Below are positions 18,377 to 27,715 of a stretch of DNA of 64,000 nucleotides, in pieces (the first letter of the stretch is position 1; each line of letters opens with the position of its first letter). The stretch lies in contig DAHVDN010000012.1 of the NCBI GenBank assembly GCA_027313505.1, positions 1,267 through 65,266 on the forward strand, in the 5' to 3' direction. Source of the DNA: Candidatus Dormiibacterota bacterium. GTDB taxonomy: Bacteria > Chloroflexota > Dormibacteria > Aeolococcales > Bog-877. The notes beneath the pieces were generated by a model, which was not told where the DNA came from, did not search any database, and saw nothing but the letters and a program-made list of their open reading frames with translations. Position numbers and translations under genes: made by a program.

Positions 18377-20497
18377 CTAAGCGGTTCTGCGGAAGGCGGC
18401 CGCCGGCTGGGGGTGAGCGAACAGGTATCCCTGTCCGAGGGGTACTCCGAGTTCCACCAGTCGGGCGCGTTCCGCTTCGGTCTCGACCCCCTCCGCGATC
18501 AGGGTGCAGTCGCCGCGCTCAGCGAAGTGCTGGATTCCTGCAACCATCGCCTCCCGGACGGCGTCCCCGGACATGCCCCGTACCAGGGAGATGTCCAGCT
18601 TTACGAAGTCGGGCCGGAGCTCCAGAATGTGCCGGAGACTGGCATATCCGGCTCCGGCGTCATCCACGGCCAACCGGGTGTTGGGTCCCATGTGACGGAC
18701 TGCCTGGCGCACCTGCTCGTAGTCCTCGATCAGGCGGTGCTCGGTGATCTCCACCACCACCTCGTATCGCCGTTGTCGCAGAGTGCGGGAGATCTGAGCC
18801 TGGGCGCCCACTAGAACCTGGGGCGAGAGGTTTAACGAGAGGAATTGATTGGGCTCCAAAAGCTGGCCCCCCGCTCGCAGCGAGCGCTTCAGAGTTGCCA
18901 GCTCGAGCTGCTCCAGAAGATCGTGTTCGGCGGCGATGGCGAACGCCCGGTCCGGGGTGAGGTCTCCCGAAAATCGCGTGAGTGCCTCGTAGCCGACCAC
19001 CCGCCTCGAGCGGATCTCAACAATCGGTTGGAAGACGGGGTGAAAGCTGCCCTCCTCGAGCGCTCTGAGGACCACCTCCGCCCCTCCATCGACGCTGGTT
19101 GGCGACGCCAGCAACGGTCCAAGGCTGGTGGCGGCCGCGATGGCGAAGTCAGCAAGGGACGGCAGCATCGCGATCAGGTGCTGGGAGGCGGTATCCGGAT
19201 CCGGATCTTCTGTGGCGGTTATCAGGAGTCCGAGAAGGCGGTTACCCTGCCTGATCGGCGCGTATGCGAAGGCGTGCAGACCGCAGAGTGAACAGGCCGT
19301 CCAGTAGTCTCGGATGTCGGGGTCATCGGTCCGTCGCGCAGCTTCGGCGCAGCGCTCGATCCACGGTCCTGATAGGGCACGCGCCCGCAGGGCGCGGGTT
19401 CGCTCGTCGGGCAGTCCACGATAGTTGACCCCGGGATAACCAAGGGGGGGGTGGGGGTAGCTGGCAACCGGGATCGCCGGACCCGAACCGGCCAGTGAGA
19501 CGATCTGAGCGATCGCGGTTCCGCGCAGTCGAACCAGTTCTCGACAGATGCGCTGAGCGCCCTCGTTCCCTGTTTCCCTCGGGTCCACGAAGGTCGCGAC
19601 CTCCCGGATCACCCGTCGCTCTGAGAGCTCCATCATGAGCAGTTGATGATCTCCCGAGTGTAGGCGGGCGGCCAGCGCGACCATGGTGATCAGCAGGCCC
19701 AACCCGGTCTCGAGCCACCCCAGTCGGCTGCCCAGCGAAGGCCCAGAGCCACCCACCAGGGCCAGCAATAGACCGAGGTTTGCAGCCCCAGCTCCTGAGA
19801 GAACCCAGCGCTCGATGGGTCGGAGCGCACCCCACCTGGTCCAGGTCAGGCTGATCAGCACTCCGCCGAAAATCAGCGTCACCCATCCCAGCGTGGCTCC
19901 GCCGCCCGCGAGCTTGGACAGCTGCTCCGGCGCCACTCCACTACCTGCGATCCCGCTACCGACGACCGCCCCCGCCAGAAGCATGGCGGCGAAGATGCTC
20001 ACAACTCCCGCATAGGAGAGGTGGGTCCATCGCCCCTGGCTGGAGACCCGCCTCCATACCTCCCCGGGAGTCGCCAAGGAGAGGGTGACACCCAGGGCAA
20101 AAACCACGTGCCACAGGAGTCGACCGGAGACATCGCCCGCCGTGGTCTGCAGGATCTGCAGCCGGCCCCCCTCGGCAGCCCAGATGATACCTGCCGCCAT
20201 CAACGCGAGAAAGGTTCCCGAGAGCCCCAGGAGCCTGAGGTTGGTCCCACTCAGCATCTGCTCCTCGAACAGCAGCAGGGCGATGAGGCCGCAGCCAGTG
20301 GCCGCTGCGCTGAGGTAGATGACCCGCCCCCCGGTGGCTCCCGAAGAGCTCAATCGGGCCAGGGGCAACATCGCGAGCACCAGCAGCGCCGTGGCGAGCG
20401 CCGCGCGCGCGGCGGGGTCCTTAGGTAGCCGCAATCGAGGGAGCCGACGGCTCTGACTCCATTCGACCGGCGCGGCCCGCGACGTCACGCCGGACAC
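18377..20497 (-). CDS. Membrane-anchored EAL phosphodiesterase (multi-TM sensor, GAF-like region, EAL)
   Basis: FQPIV, GYEALTRF, NLSP, EITEH, VDDAGAGY, KLD, AEGVE and QGYLF all intact; about 8 N-terminal hydrophobic helices. Confidence 0.9.
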   Translation of the reverse strand: MSGVTSRAAPVEWSQSRRLPRLRLPKDPAARAALATALLVLAMLPLARLSSSGATGGRVIYLSAAATGCGLIALLLFEEQMLSGTNLRLLGLSGTFLALMAAGIIWAAEGGRLQILQTTAGDVSGRLLWHVVFALGVTLSLATPGEVWRRVSSQGRWTHLSYAGVVSIFAAMLLAGAVVGSGIAGSGVAPEQLSKLAGGGATLGWVTLIFGGVLISLTWTRWGALRPIERWVLSGAGAANLGLLLALVGGSGPSLGSRLGWLETGLGLLITMVALAARLHSGDHQLLMMELSERRVIREVATFVDPRETGNEGAQRICRELVRLRGTAIAQIVSLAGSGPAIPVASYPHPPLGYPGVNYRGLPDERTRALRARALSGPWIERCAEAARRTDDPDIRDYWTACSLCGLHAFAYAPIRQGNRLLGLLITATEDPDPDTASQHLIAMLPSLADFAIAAATSLGPLLASPTSVDGGAEVVLRALEEGSFHPVFQPIVEIRSRRVVGYEALTRFSGDLTPDRAFAIAAEHDLLEQLELATLKRSLRAGGQLLEPNQFLSLNLSPQVLVGAQAQISRTLRQRRYEVVVEITEHRLIEDYEQVRQAVRHMGPNTRLAVDDAGAGYASLRHILELRPDFVKLDISLVRGMSGDAVREAMVAGIQHFAERGDCTLIAEGVETEAERARLVELGVPLGQGYLFAHPQPAAAFRRTA

Positions 20498-20601
20498 TTC
20501 AACCTCTCACCTCGCTTTGGAGCGTATGCTTCCGGCTCCGGGATCCTGTGACGAATCGAAGTAGCTTTGGTCACAGTAGGGGGCGATCGTCAGCCTACCG
20601 G

Positions 20602-21996
20602 TCAGCTGACCCCAGGTGAGAGCTCCATTCCAAGGACGCTGTGTGTCACCTCTCTCACAACCGACCTCACCCGCTCAGTGACTTCGACGGCCGCCTCTTC
20701 TCGGAGCCGAAGGCGGATTGATGGACCCTGCACGGCGACGAGCGCGGCGGTATCCGGCAGGCGAGCCAGGAGCTGGCCGAGGATGTGCGTCGTGAGCCGG
20801 GCTCCGGCATCGCTGAGACTCTGGTCGCGACCGCTCAAGGATGTTGGGTCGCCCCAGGGAAGTGGGTCCGGGAATCGCCGACGGTCGTTCAGCCATTCCC
20901 ACGCCGTACGGAAGCTCTTGAGTCCCCCCAGACTCTCAGGTATCGCTTCCGGTCGATCCAGGGCCGAGCCCCAGGCCGGCTCGTGATGGTCTGGCCGGGG
21001 CCTCCTGGACCCGAGTGCCCTGAGCGATATCACCGGTTCTCCAGCCCTCTTCACAGGAAGGGGCTGCCCTCCCTCTCCAACCGCCGCGAGAGCTTCCCGC
21101 AGTTCTCCATCGCCGCTCCAGTAGGCTACGAGTGCCAGGGTCGGGGGAGGCAGGGAGATGTCGATCAGCGCCTGCATCTTGCGGTCCTGAGATTCCAACC
21201 TGTTGACGGGTCTCGGCTCGGCGCACGCCAAGAGACCCGCCGGATGGGGCAGGTTCAGCTCATACCCGGCCATTGACAACTTGCCCATCAGGAGTAGGTC
21301 GGACCGATAGGGCAGTTCCCGGCGACGGGCGGGCTGGGCCGACGCCCAGTGTCCCATCGCTCTGCCCAGCTGAAGGAGCTTCCACCGGCCATCGTCATCG
21401 GGGGCGTCGCGACCGGGGTCGCGCTCCTCCGCCGGCTCGACCAGGCCAACCATGGTGGTGAGGCGATGCCGTTCCACGAAGGTCAGCCCCCTAAGGGCTT
21501 CGCGCACGTCGCGATGCGGGGGCAGGTCGCCTATGAGCAGCGGCGGGGCCGCACCATCTTCAACCATTCGTGAGTACCCGGCCAGGGAGAGGTCCCAACC
21601 CCCGCCCGGGACTGCGATGTGGAGGTCGCCCGGTCCTGCTCGAAGTAGAACCGCTGCCCTCGGCCCCCACGGCCAGGCCGGGACCCGAGTCGGCCTCGCG
21701 GGGCTTGTCGGACGCCCCTCCGGTCGCTCGTAGGTGGAACGGTCGTAAGCGGCTCGTAGCTCGGGGGTCGCCACCAACGCCCAGGCGGTCTGGAGCTGGC
21801 TGAAGAGCGCTGTGGCACGGGCCGGATCGAGTCGCTGGCTACCGCTCCGATGGACCTGGACGTCCGGATGAAGCTCTCGGGCCCGCGCCCTGTACCGCCG
21901 CCTCAGCTCCTGCCAGCTGGCGGTTCGCTCCGCTCCCAACAGCTGGTAAACATCTACCGGCCGGGACGAGGCCCTCATCGGCACGATGGGATCCAT
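20602..21996 (-). CDS. J-domain protein with a C-terminal region resembling a degenerate family-A DNA polymerase
   Basis: DVYQLLG...RRRYRARARELHPD...RAAYD J-domain; the C-terminus aligns by eye to PolA motifs (see findings). Confidence 0.75.
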   Translation of the reverse strand: MDPIVPMRASSRPVDVYQLLGAERTASWQELRRRYRARARELHPDVQVHRSGSQRLDPARATALFSQLQTAWALVATPELRAAYDRSTYERPEGRPTSPARPTRVPAWPWGPRAAVLLRAGPGDLHIAVPGGGWDLSLAGYSRMVEDGAAPPLLIGDLPPHRDVREALRGLTFVERHRLTTMVGLVEPAEERDPGRDAPDDDGRWKLLQLGRAMGHWASAQPARRRELPYRSDLLLMGKLSMAGYELNLPHPAGLLACAEPRPVNRLESQDRKMQALIDISLPPPTLALVAYWSGDGELREALAAVGEGGQPLPVKRAGEPVISLRALGSRRPRPDHHEPAWGSALDRPEAIPESLGGLKSFRTAWEWLNDRRRFPDPLPWGDPTSLSGRDQSLSDAGARLTTHILGQLLARLPDTAALVAVQGPSIRLRLREEAAVEVTERVRSVVREVTHSVLGMELSPGVS

Positions 21997-22024
21997 CTGA
22001 TCGAGCCACCCCTCGCTTGCCTGG

Positions 22025-22780
22025 TCACAGGTCGAACGGGTCCTGGAAGAAACCGGGCATGTGGGCGGAGAGCCAGTCGTTGAAGATGGTGAAGTGGTTG
22101 AAGGCAACCAGAACCCCCATCAGCAGAACCACCGCACCTCCAATGGTGGAGATCAACTGCTGATGTGCGCCCAGCGCCCTGAGCAGCGGTCGAATCCGGT
22201 CCAGCAAGAGGGCTGCCAAAAGAAACGGGAGCCCTAGCCCGATGCAGTAGGCGGTCATCAGGTAGAGCCCCTGCCCGGTGGTTCCCGAGTTCAACCCTGA
22301 GGTGAGCACCGCGCCCAGGACCGGCCCGATGCAGGGTGACCAGCCTGCCGCAAGGCCAAGGCCAAGGAGGAAGCCAGCACCGAATCCTTTGTGCCGGCGG
22401 TTCACCGGGAGCACTCTCAGCTCCCGTGAGAGCCAGCCGATATGGATGAGGCCCATAAGGTTGAGACCGAGCAGTATGACCATGACCCCCAGGACCGGCG
22501 TGACCACTGTCCTCCACGGCGAAAGGAGGCGGTCCAGCGCATAGAAGAAGGCGATGCTGAATACCGCAAGGCCGACAACGAAACCCACCGATCCGCGGAT
22601 GACCCGCCACCGCGGGCCGGCGCGCAAAGACCGTCCGCCAGGGGAATTCACCCCAGGCTGAGCTGCCTCGTGGCCCAGAAAGGCGAGGTAGGCAGGGACC
22701 AGCGGGAGGACGCAGGGGGAGAGGAAGGAAGCAGCTCCAGCCGCGGCGGCCAGGGGGAGGGTGACATCGCTCAGCTGCAC
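22025..22780 (-). CDS. ccdA: Cytochrome c biogenesis protein CcdA (DsbD transmembrane domain)
   Basis: SFLSPCVLPLVPAY and GWSPCIGPVLG redox cysteine motifs. Confidence 0.92.
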   Translation of the reverse strand: MQLSDVTLPLAAAAGAASFLSPCVLPLVPAYLAFLGHEAAQPGVNSPGGRSLRAGPRWRVIRGSVGFVVGLAVFSIAFFYALDRLLSPWRTVVTPVLGVMVILLGLNLMGLIHIGWLSRELRVLPVNRRHKGFGAGFLLGLGLAAGWSPCIGPVLGAVLTSGLNSGTTGQGLYLMTAYCIGLGLPFLLAALLLDRIRPLLRALGAHQQLISTIGGAVVLLMGVLVAFNHFTIFNDWLSAHMPGFFQDPFDL

Positions 22781-22864
22781 GGTTTCCGACCCTTCGGGCG
22801 GTCGCCATCGCGACCGCGACCTGATTCGCATTGCTTGGGCAAAGCTGGGAACCAAAGGGCGTGC

Positions 22865-24688
22865 TCAGGCGTCGCCGCCGGCAGCCCCTAGCAGTGCCAT
22901 CCTCTGCAGCTCCTGATCGGCCAGCGCCGGGTCCAACTTTCGGAAGAGGGCCCGAGGCGCGGTGAGAGGTTGGCCCGGCTCAAGCCGGGTCGGGACCCAG
23001 GATCCGACCGCCCTAGTCCAATCGGTTACCAGCACCCGATGGGGGTCGCCATCCCCCAGATCGACCTCCTCCAGCACCGGTAGGGGAGCCAGCAGCCCCT
23101 CCTGGCCGAGCATTTCGTGGAGGGCTTGGGAAGAGAAAGGGAGGAACGGGGTGAACAGCACCTTGAGGTCGGAAATGCACTGCAGTGCTATGAACAGAAC
23201 GGTTCCTGCGCGCTCACGATCCACCTTCACGAGCCGCCAGGGCTCCATCTCACCCAGGTACTGATTGACCTTGGCGGCCAGTGCCATCACTTCAGCCAGA
23301 GCGCTCTTGAAGTGGGCCGTGCCCAAAAGGTCGCCCACGTGGTCGAAACCGGACTCGACCGACTGCAGCAGCCCGGCGTCGGCAACTCCAATCTGACCAG
23401 GGGTGGGGACAGCTCTGAAGTGCCTGGCGGCGAGGGTCAGAGTGCGCTGGACCAGGTTGCCCCAGGTCGCCACCAGCTCGTCGTTGTTGCGGCGGATGAA
23501 TTCCGCCCAGGTGAAGTCGGTGTCCTGAGTCTCCGGGCCACCGGCTGTCAGGTAGTACCTGAGGGGGTCTGGGTCGTAGCGTAGGAGGAAGTCACGGACC
23601 TCGATCACCACTCCGCGGCTACTCGAGAACTTCTGCCCCTCCTGAGTCAGGAATTCGCTGCTGACCACGTTCTCCGGCAAGACCAGGTGGGGTGCGCCCT
23701 CGCCGCCCCCCAGTTCGCCCCCACCTCCGTACCCCATCAGGATGCTGGGCCAGATCACCGAGTGGAAGACGATGTTGTCCTTGCCCATGAAGTAGAAGTG
23801 GCGGGACTCGGGGTCCTGCCACCAATCTCGCCACGCCTCTGGTTGCCCACGGAGCCGAGCCCATTCGATGCTCGCGGATAGATAACCGATGACGGCGTCA
23901 AACCACACGTAGATGCGTTTGTCGTCCCGCTCTTCGAACTCGGGAACAGGTACGTGAATTCCCCAGTCTATGTCTCGGGTCACGGCCCTCGGGCGCAGCT
24001 CGCCAAGGAGGTTGGAGGAGAAGGCGAGGACATTGCTGCGCCAGTCACTCTTCTGTTCGAGCCAGTCAGACAGCGCGCTGGCAAAAGCGGGTAGGTCCAG
24101 GAAGAAGTGCTCCGACTCGCGGAAGACCGGCGGTGCTCCGTCGATCTTCGATCGGGGATCGATAAGGTCCTGGGGGTCCAGCATCCGGCCGCAGTTGTCG
24201 CACTGGTCGCCGCGGGCCGAAGTGTAGCCGCAATGTGGGCAGGTGCCCTCTATGTAGCGGTCCGGCAGGGTTCGCCCAGTCTTTTCGGAGAATGCCCCGA
24301 GCTGAGTCCTACGAATGAGGAAGCCCTTCTCATAGAGGGTGCGGAAGAGGTCCTGAACAACCAACTGGTGGTTTTTGGTGGTGGTTCTGGTGAACAGGTC
24401 GTAGCTCAGCCCGAGCCTTCGCAGGTCCTCCGTGATCACCTGGCTGTAGCGGTCGGCGATCTCGCGCGGACCGATCCCCTCGCGGTCGGCCGCCACCAGA
24501 ATCGGGGTTCCGTGCTCATCGGTCCCGCTCACCATGAGGACCTTGGCCCCACGCAGGCGCTGGAATCGTGCGAAGACGTCGGAAGGCACGCCGAAGCCCG
24601 CGACGTGTCCGATGTGGCGAGGCCCGCTGGCGTACGGCCAGGCCACGGCGACCAGGATGTGTTCGGAGGACGGTTGCTTTGAACTCAA
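22865..24688 (-). CDS. metG: Methionine--tRNA ligase (no C-terminal dimerisation domain)
   Basis: [27 protein letters not shown] knuckle, [19 protein letters not shown]. The ORF-track start overlaps the divergent gene and was trimmed. Confidence 0.97.
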   Translation of the reverse strand: MSSKQPSSEHILVAVAWPYASGPRHIGHVAGFGVPSDVFARFQRLRGAKVLMVSGTDEHGTPILVAADREGIGPREIADRYSQVITEDLRRLGLSYDLFTRTTTKNHQLVVQDLFRTLYEKGFLIRRTQLGAFSEKTGRTLPDRYIEGTCPHCGYTSARGDQCDNCGRMLDPQDLIDPRSKIDGAPPVFRESEHFFLDLPAFASALSDWLEQKSDWRSNVLAFSSNLLGELRPRAVTRDIDWGIHVPVPEFEERDDKRIYVWFDAVIGYLSASIEWARLRGQPEAWRDWWQDPESRHFYFMGKDNIVFHSVIWPSILMGYGGGGELGGGEGAPHLVLPENVVSSEFLTQEGQKFSSSRGVVIEVRDFLLRYDPDPLRYYLTAGGPETQDTDFTWAEFIRRNNDELVATWGNLVQRTLTLAARHFRAVPTPGQIGVADAGLLQSVESGFDHVGDLLGTAHFKSALAEVMALAAKVNQYLGEMEPWRLVKVDRERAGTVLFIALQCISDLKVLFTPFLPFSSQALHEMLGQEGLLAPLPVLEEVDLGDGDPHRVLVTDWTRAVGSWVPTRLEPGQPLTAPRALFRKLDPALADQELQRMALLGAAGGDA

Positions 24689-24740
24689 GACCCGAACGAT
24701 GGTAGTCGGTGTGGTCACCCGAAGGTGGAACAATGCCCAG

Positions 24741-25814
24741 GTGCCTTTGAGACCGCGGGTGCTGCTGGTGATCGCGGACAGCTCGCGCACGGGTGGCCCC
24801 GAGCACGTTTTGACATTGGCCCGAGAGATCCAGAGATCCGGCTGGCAGGCTGCTGTGGTCTGCCCTGAGGGCGATCTGCGGGACCGATGCCGCGAGGCGG
24901 GGCTGGACAGCTGGCCGGTGTCCATGAGCGGCCGGTCTCTGGTCGCCGCCCCGGTCCGCCTGCGGCAGCTTATCCGTCGATACCACGCGGATGTGATCCA
25001 CAGTCACGGACTCAGGGCTGGAGGGGTCGTGCGCCGTTCGCGGATCGCTTCCCCTTGGGTGCAGACCCATCATCTGGATGGATGGTTCACGACCGGGAGA
25101 CCTCGCTTCGCGCTCCACCGCCACGAGATGAAAGCGCAGGTAGCCAGGGCCAACCTCCAGATCGCCGTCTCTCAGTCGGTGGCCGATTTTCTCAGCGGAG
25201 AGGCCGGAGTCAGGAAGGCGCTGATTCGTGTCGTCCCCAACGGGATAGAACCTCTGGAGCGACATCGCCTTTTTCGGGGTGGGACGACCGTCGTGGGGGT
25301 GCTGGCCAGTTTGGTGTCGAGCAAAGGTGTCGATCTGGCGGTCATGGCCCTGGCCACCCCTCAAGGCCGGGGCTTGAAGCTGCTGGTGGGTGGAACCGGG
25401 CCCGAGCTCGCCAACCTGGTGGACCTGGCCGAGCGTTTGGGGGTGGCTGGTCGGACCAGTTTTCTGGGCCGAGTCACCGACCGGCAGGATTTCTTCGATC
25501 GCTGCGACGTGGTCTGGGTGCCGAGCCGAGCGGAGCCCTTCGGGCTGGTCGCCTGCGAGGCTATGAGCGCCGGGGTACCAGTTGTGGCCAGCAGGGTGGG
25601 GGGTCTGCCAGAAATCCTCGATGCCCCTTCGGCTGGTGCCTTGGTCGCTCCCGCAAACCCCGCAGCTCTGGCCAGCGTTACGGTCGCCCTGTTGAGTGAT
25701 GGGGAGCGCTACTCCAGGCTATCGGCCGCCGGGGCTGAACGGGTCAGGCAGCGCTTCACGGCGGCCCGAATGGCGGCCTTGACTCGGGGGGTGTATCGAG
25801 AGTTACTCGACTGA
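24741..25814 (+). CDS. Glycosyltransferase family 4
   Basis: [48 protein letters not shown]. Confidence 0.92.
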   Translation: MPLRPRVLLVIADSSRTGGPEHVLTLAREIQRSGWQAAVVCPEGDLRDRCREAGLDSWPVSMSGRSLVAAPVRLRQLIRRYHADVIHSHGLRAGGVVRRSRIASPWVQTHHLDGWFTTGRPRFALHRHEMKAQVARANLQIAVSQSVADFLSGEAGVRKALIRVVPNGIEPLERHRLFRGGTTVVGVLASLVSSKGVDLAVMALATPQGRGLKLLVGGTGPELANLVDLAERLGVAGRTSFLGRVTDRQDFFDRCDVVWVPSRAEPFGLVACEAMSAGVPVVASRVGGLPEILDAPSAGALVAPANPAALASVTVALLSDGERYSRLSAAGAERVRQRFTAARMAALTRGVYRELLD

Positions 25815-25831
25815 CCGACACCCGGACGGCG

Positions 25832-26431
25832 CTACTTTTTGGAGGCCTGGTAGTAGGGGTTGGCACCCTGGGCGTGGTCGGTGGTGTCCACGACGTCGTG
25901 AAGCTCGGCAAACCGCTCCAGGATGGTTGTTCGAACCCCCTGTGAGAGGGTTACCTCGGCCAGTCCGCACCCCTGGCATCCGCCACCCATCTGGACATAG
26001 GCGACTCCGTCGGCGATGTCCAGGAGACCGATGTACCCACCGTGCGCTGCGACAGCGGGATTGATCTCCTGGTCCAGCAGCTCTTGAACTGCCTGAGCCA
26101 GGGGGTCGGCATCGGGGTTGTAGCTGGTCTCCAGCGACAGTGCTCCAGAGACGACATCGGCGTCGACCGTGGCGCCGATCACGTGACGGGAGATCACCTT
26201 GGGGGCCACGAATGAGATGTCCTCCGACCCGCGAACCAGGATCTCGTCATCCTTCAGGTCACCACTCTCAACAAGGGCGAAGGTGAAGCTGAGCCGCTCA
26301 CCGACCAGACCTGCCGGAGTCACCGAGATCCAACCCTCGGGATGTCCCTGACGTTGGCGGAACGCGCGTATCCTCTCCGCTCCGCGCTCGGTGAGGTTGA
26401 GCTCAGGGACCGCTGGCAGCGTGGTGTCCAT
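25832..26431 (-). CDS. nfuA: NfuA-type Fe-S carrier (degenerate A-type domain + NifU C-terminal domain)
   Basis: EINPAVAAHGG, MGGGCQGC, VVDTTDHAQGANPYY. Confidence 0.9.
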   Translation of the reverse strand: MDTTLPAVPELNLTERGAERIRAFRQRQGHPEGWISVTPAGLVGERLSFTFALVESGDLKDDEILVRGSEDISFVAPKVISRHVIGATVDADVVSGALSLETSYNPDADPLAQAVQELLDQEINPAVAAHGGYIGLLDIADGVAYVQMGGGCQGCGLAEVTLSQGVRTTILERFAELHDVVDTTDHAQGANPYYQASKK

Positions 26432-26448
26432 GAGCATAGTCTGACGGC

Positions 26449-27696
26449 ATGGCTCGTCGAGTGTTGTTCGTGCTCCCAACTGGCACCTACCGGGCAGGTG
26501 CATTCCTCAGCGCCGCCGCGAAGCTGCAGTTGGAGGTGGTGGTGGCCACCGAGGAGCCGTCGACTTTGGGCTGGAAGCACCCGGAGTCGGAGGTGGTCGT
26601 AGACCTCGATCGCCCCGACAATGTGGCCGAGGCCGTGGCTCACCTCAACCAGGGGGAGCGGCTTGAGGCGGTGGTGGCGGTGGACGAGGCCTCGGTCCTG
26701 GTGGCCGCTCACCTAGGGGAAGCACTCGGCCTCCGGGGAAACTCGGTAGCGGCAGCTCGGGCCACCCGTGACAAGGCTCTGTTGCGGTCCAGGCTGCTCC
26801 GAGCTGGGGTCCCTCAGCCGGAGTGGGCGCTATGGGAAGGGGAGACACCCCCTCCTTGGCGCACCTTCCCGGCGGTGTTGAAGCCTTTGGACCAGGCCGC
26901 TAGCCGCGGAGTCATCCGTATCGATCGACCATCTGACCTTCCCTCTGCCGCCCGGCGCATCCGAAAACTCTTGTCAAAAGATCCACGATGCCCGCCAAGC
27001 AATGGCCTCCACCAGTACCCACTTCTCCTGGAGGCCTTCGTTCCCGGTCCCGAGGTCGCCGCGGAGGCTTTGGTTCGCAACGGCGAAATAATCCCCCTGG
27101 CAATCTATGACAAGCCGGAACCGCTCGACGGGCCGTACTTCGAAGAGACCATCTACACGGTGCCGACCGCACTTGCACCCGAGGCCGCTGACCAGGTGTG
27201 GGGCACCCTTCAGGCGGCGATAACGGCGATTGGCCTGATGTGCGGTCCGGTGCACGCCGAACTGCGGCTCGGGGCCGCGATTCCGCGAGTCATAGATCTG
27301 GCATCTCGCGCCATCGGCGGCCACTGCTCGGCGGTGCTCCACTTTGCCGCCGGCCTTTCGCTTGAGGAACTCATCCTGCGCAACGCGGTTGGAGATGCAC
27401 TTCCGGACACCTCCCTGGTGAAGGGGGGGTTCGGGGTGATGATGCTCCCCGTGCCCCGAACCGGTTGGCTGAGGGGTGTTGTCGGTCGGGATGAGGTGCT
27501 GTCGCTTCCAGGAGTCGAGGGGCTGGAGATCGCCGTTCCGGTAGGCGGATGGGTCGCCTCCCCGCCGGAGGGAAACAGGTATCTCGGATTCCTGTTTGCC
27601 AAAGGGAAGGATGGTGGCGACGCCGCGGGGCTCCTGAAGCAGGCCGAGGCGAAGCTGACGTTTGTCATCGACGAGGAGGCACCGGGGGACGGCTGA
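26449..27696 (+). CDS. ATP-grasp domain protein
   Basis: TRDKALLR, PAVLKPLDQAASRGVIR, EAFVPGPE, YDKPEPLDGPYFEETIY, GPVHAELR. Confidence 0.88.
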   Translation: MARRVLFVLPTGTYRAGAFLSAAAKLQLEVVVATEEPSTLGWKHPESEVVVDLDRPDNVAEAVAHLNQGERLEAVVAVDEASVLVAAHLGEALGLRGNSVAAARATRDKALLRSRLLRAGVPQPEWALWEGETPPPWRTFPAVLKPLDQAASRGVIRIDRPSDLPSAARRIRKLLSKDPRCPPSNGLHQYPLLLEAFVPGPEVAAEALVRNGEIIPLAIYDKPEPLDGPYFEETIYTVPTALAPEAADQVWGTLQAAITAIGLMCGPVHAELRLGAAIPRVIDLASRAIGGHCSAVLHFAAGLSLEELILRNAVGDALPDTSLVKGGFGVMMLPVPRTGWLRGVVGRDEVLSLPGVEGLEIAVPVGGWVASPPEGNRYLGFLFAKGKDGGDAAGLLKQAEAKLTFVIDEEAPGDG

Positions 27697-27709
27697 GGGG
27701 CCGTCCCCC
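27684..27709. terminator. Hairpin at the convergent ATP-grasp/gltA junction
   Basis: GGGGGACGGC/GCCGTCCCCC 10-bp stem with no U-tract. Confidence 0.4.
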
Positions 27710-27715
27710 AGGGGC

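Noticed and set aside
24534-24925. Apparent 390-bp head-to-head overlap of metG and the GT4 gene
   Set aside because: Artefact of longest-ORF starts; the conserved domains begin near 24688 (-) and 24741 (+), leaving a gap of about 50 bp.
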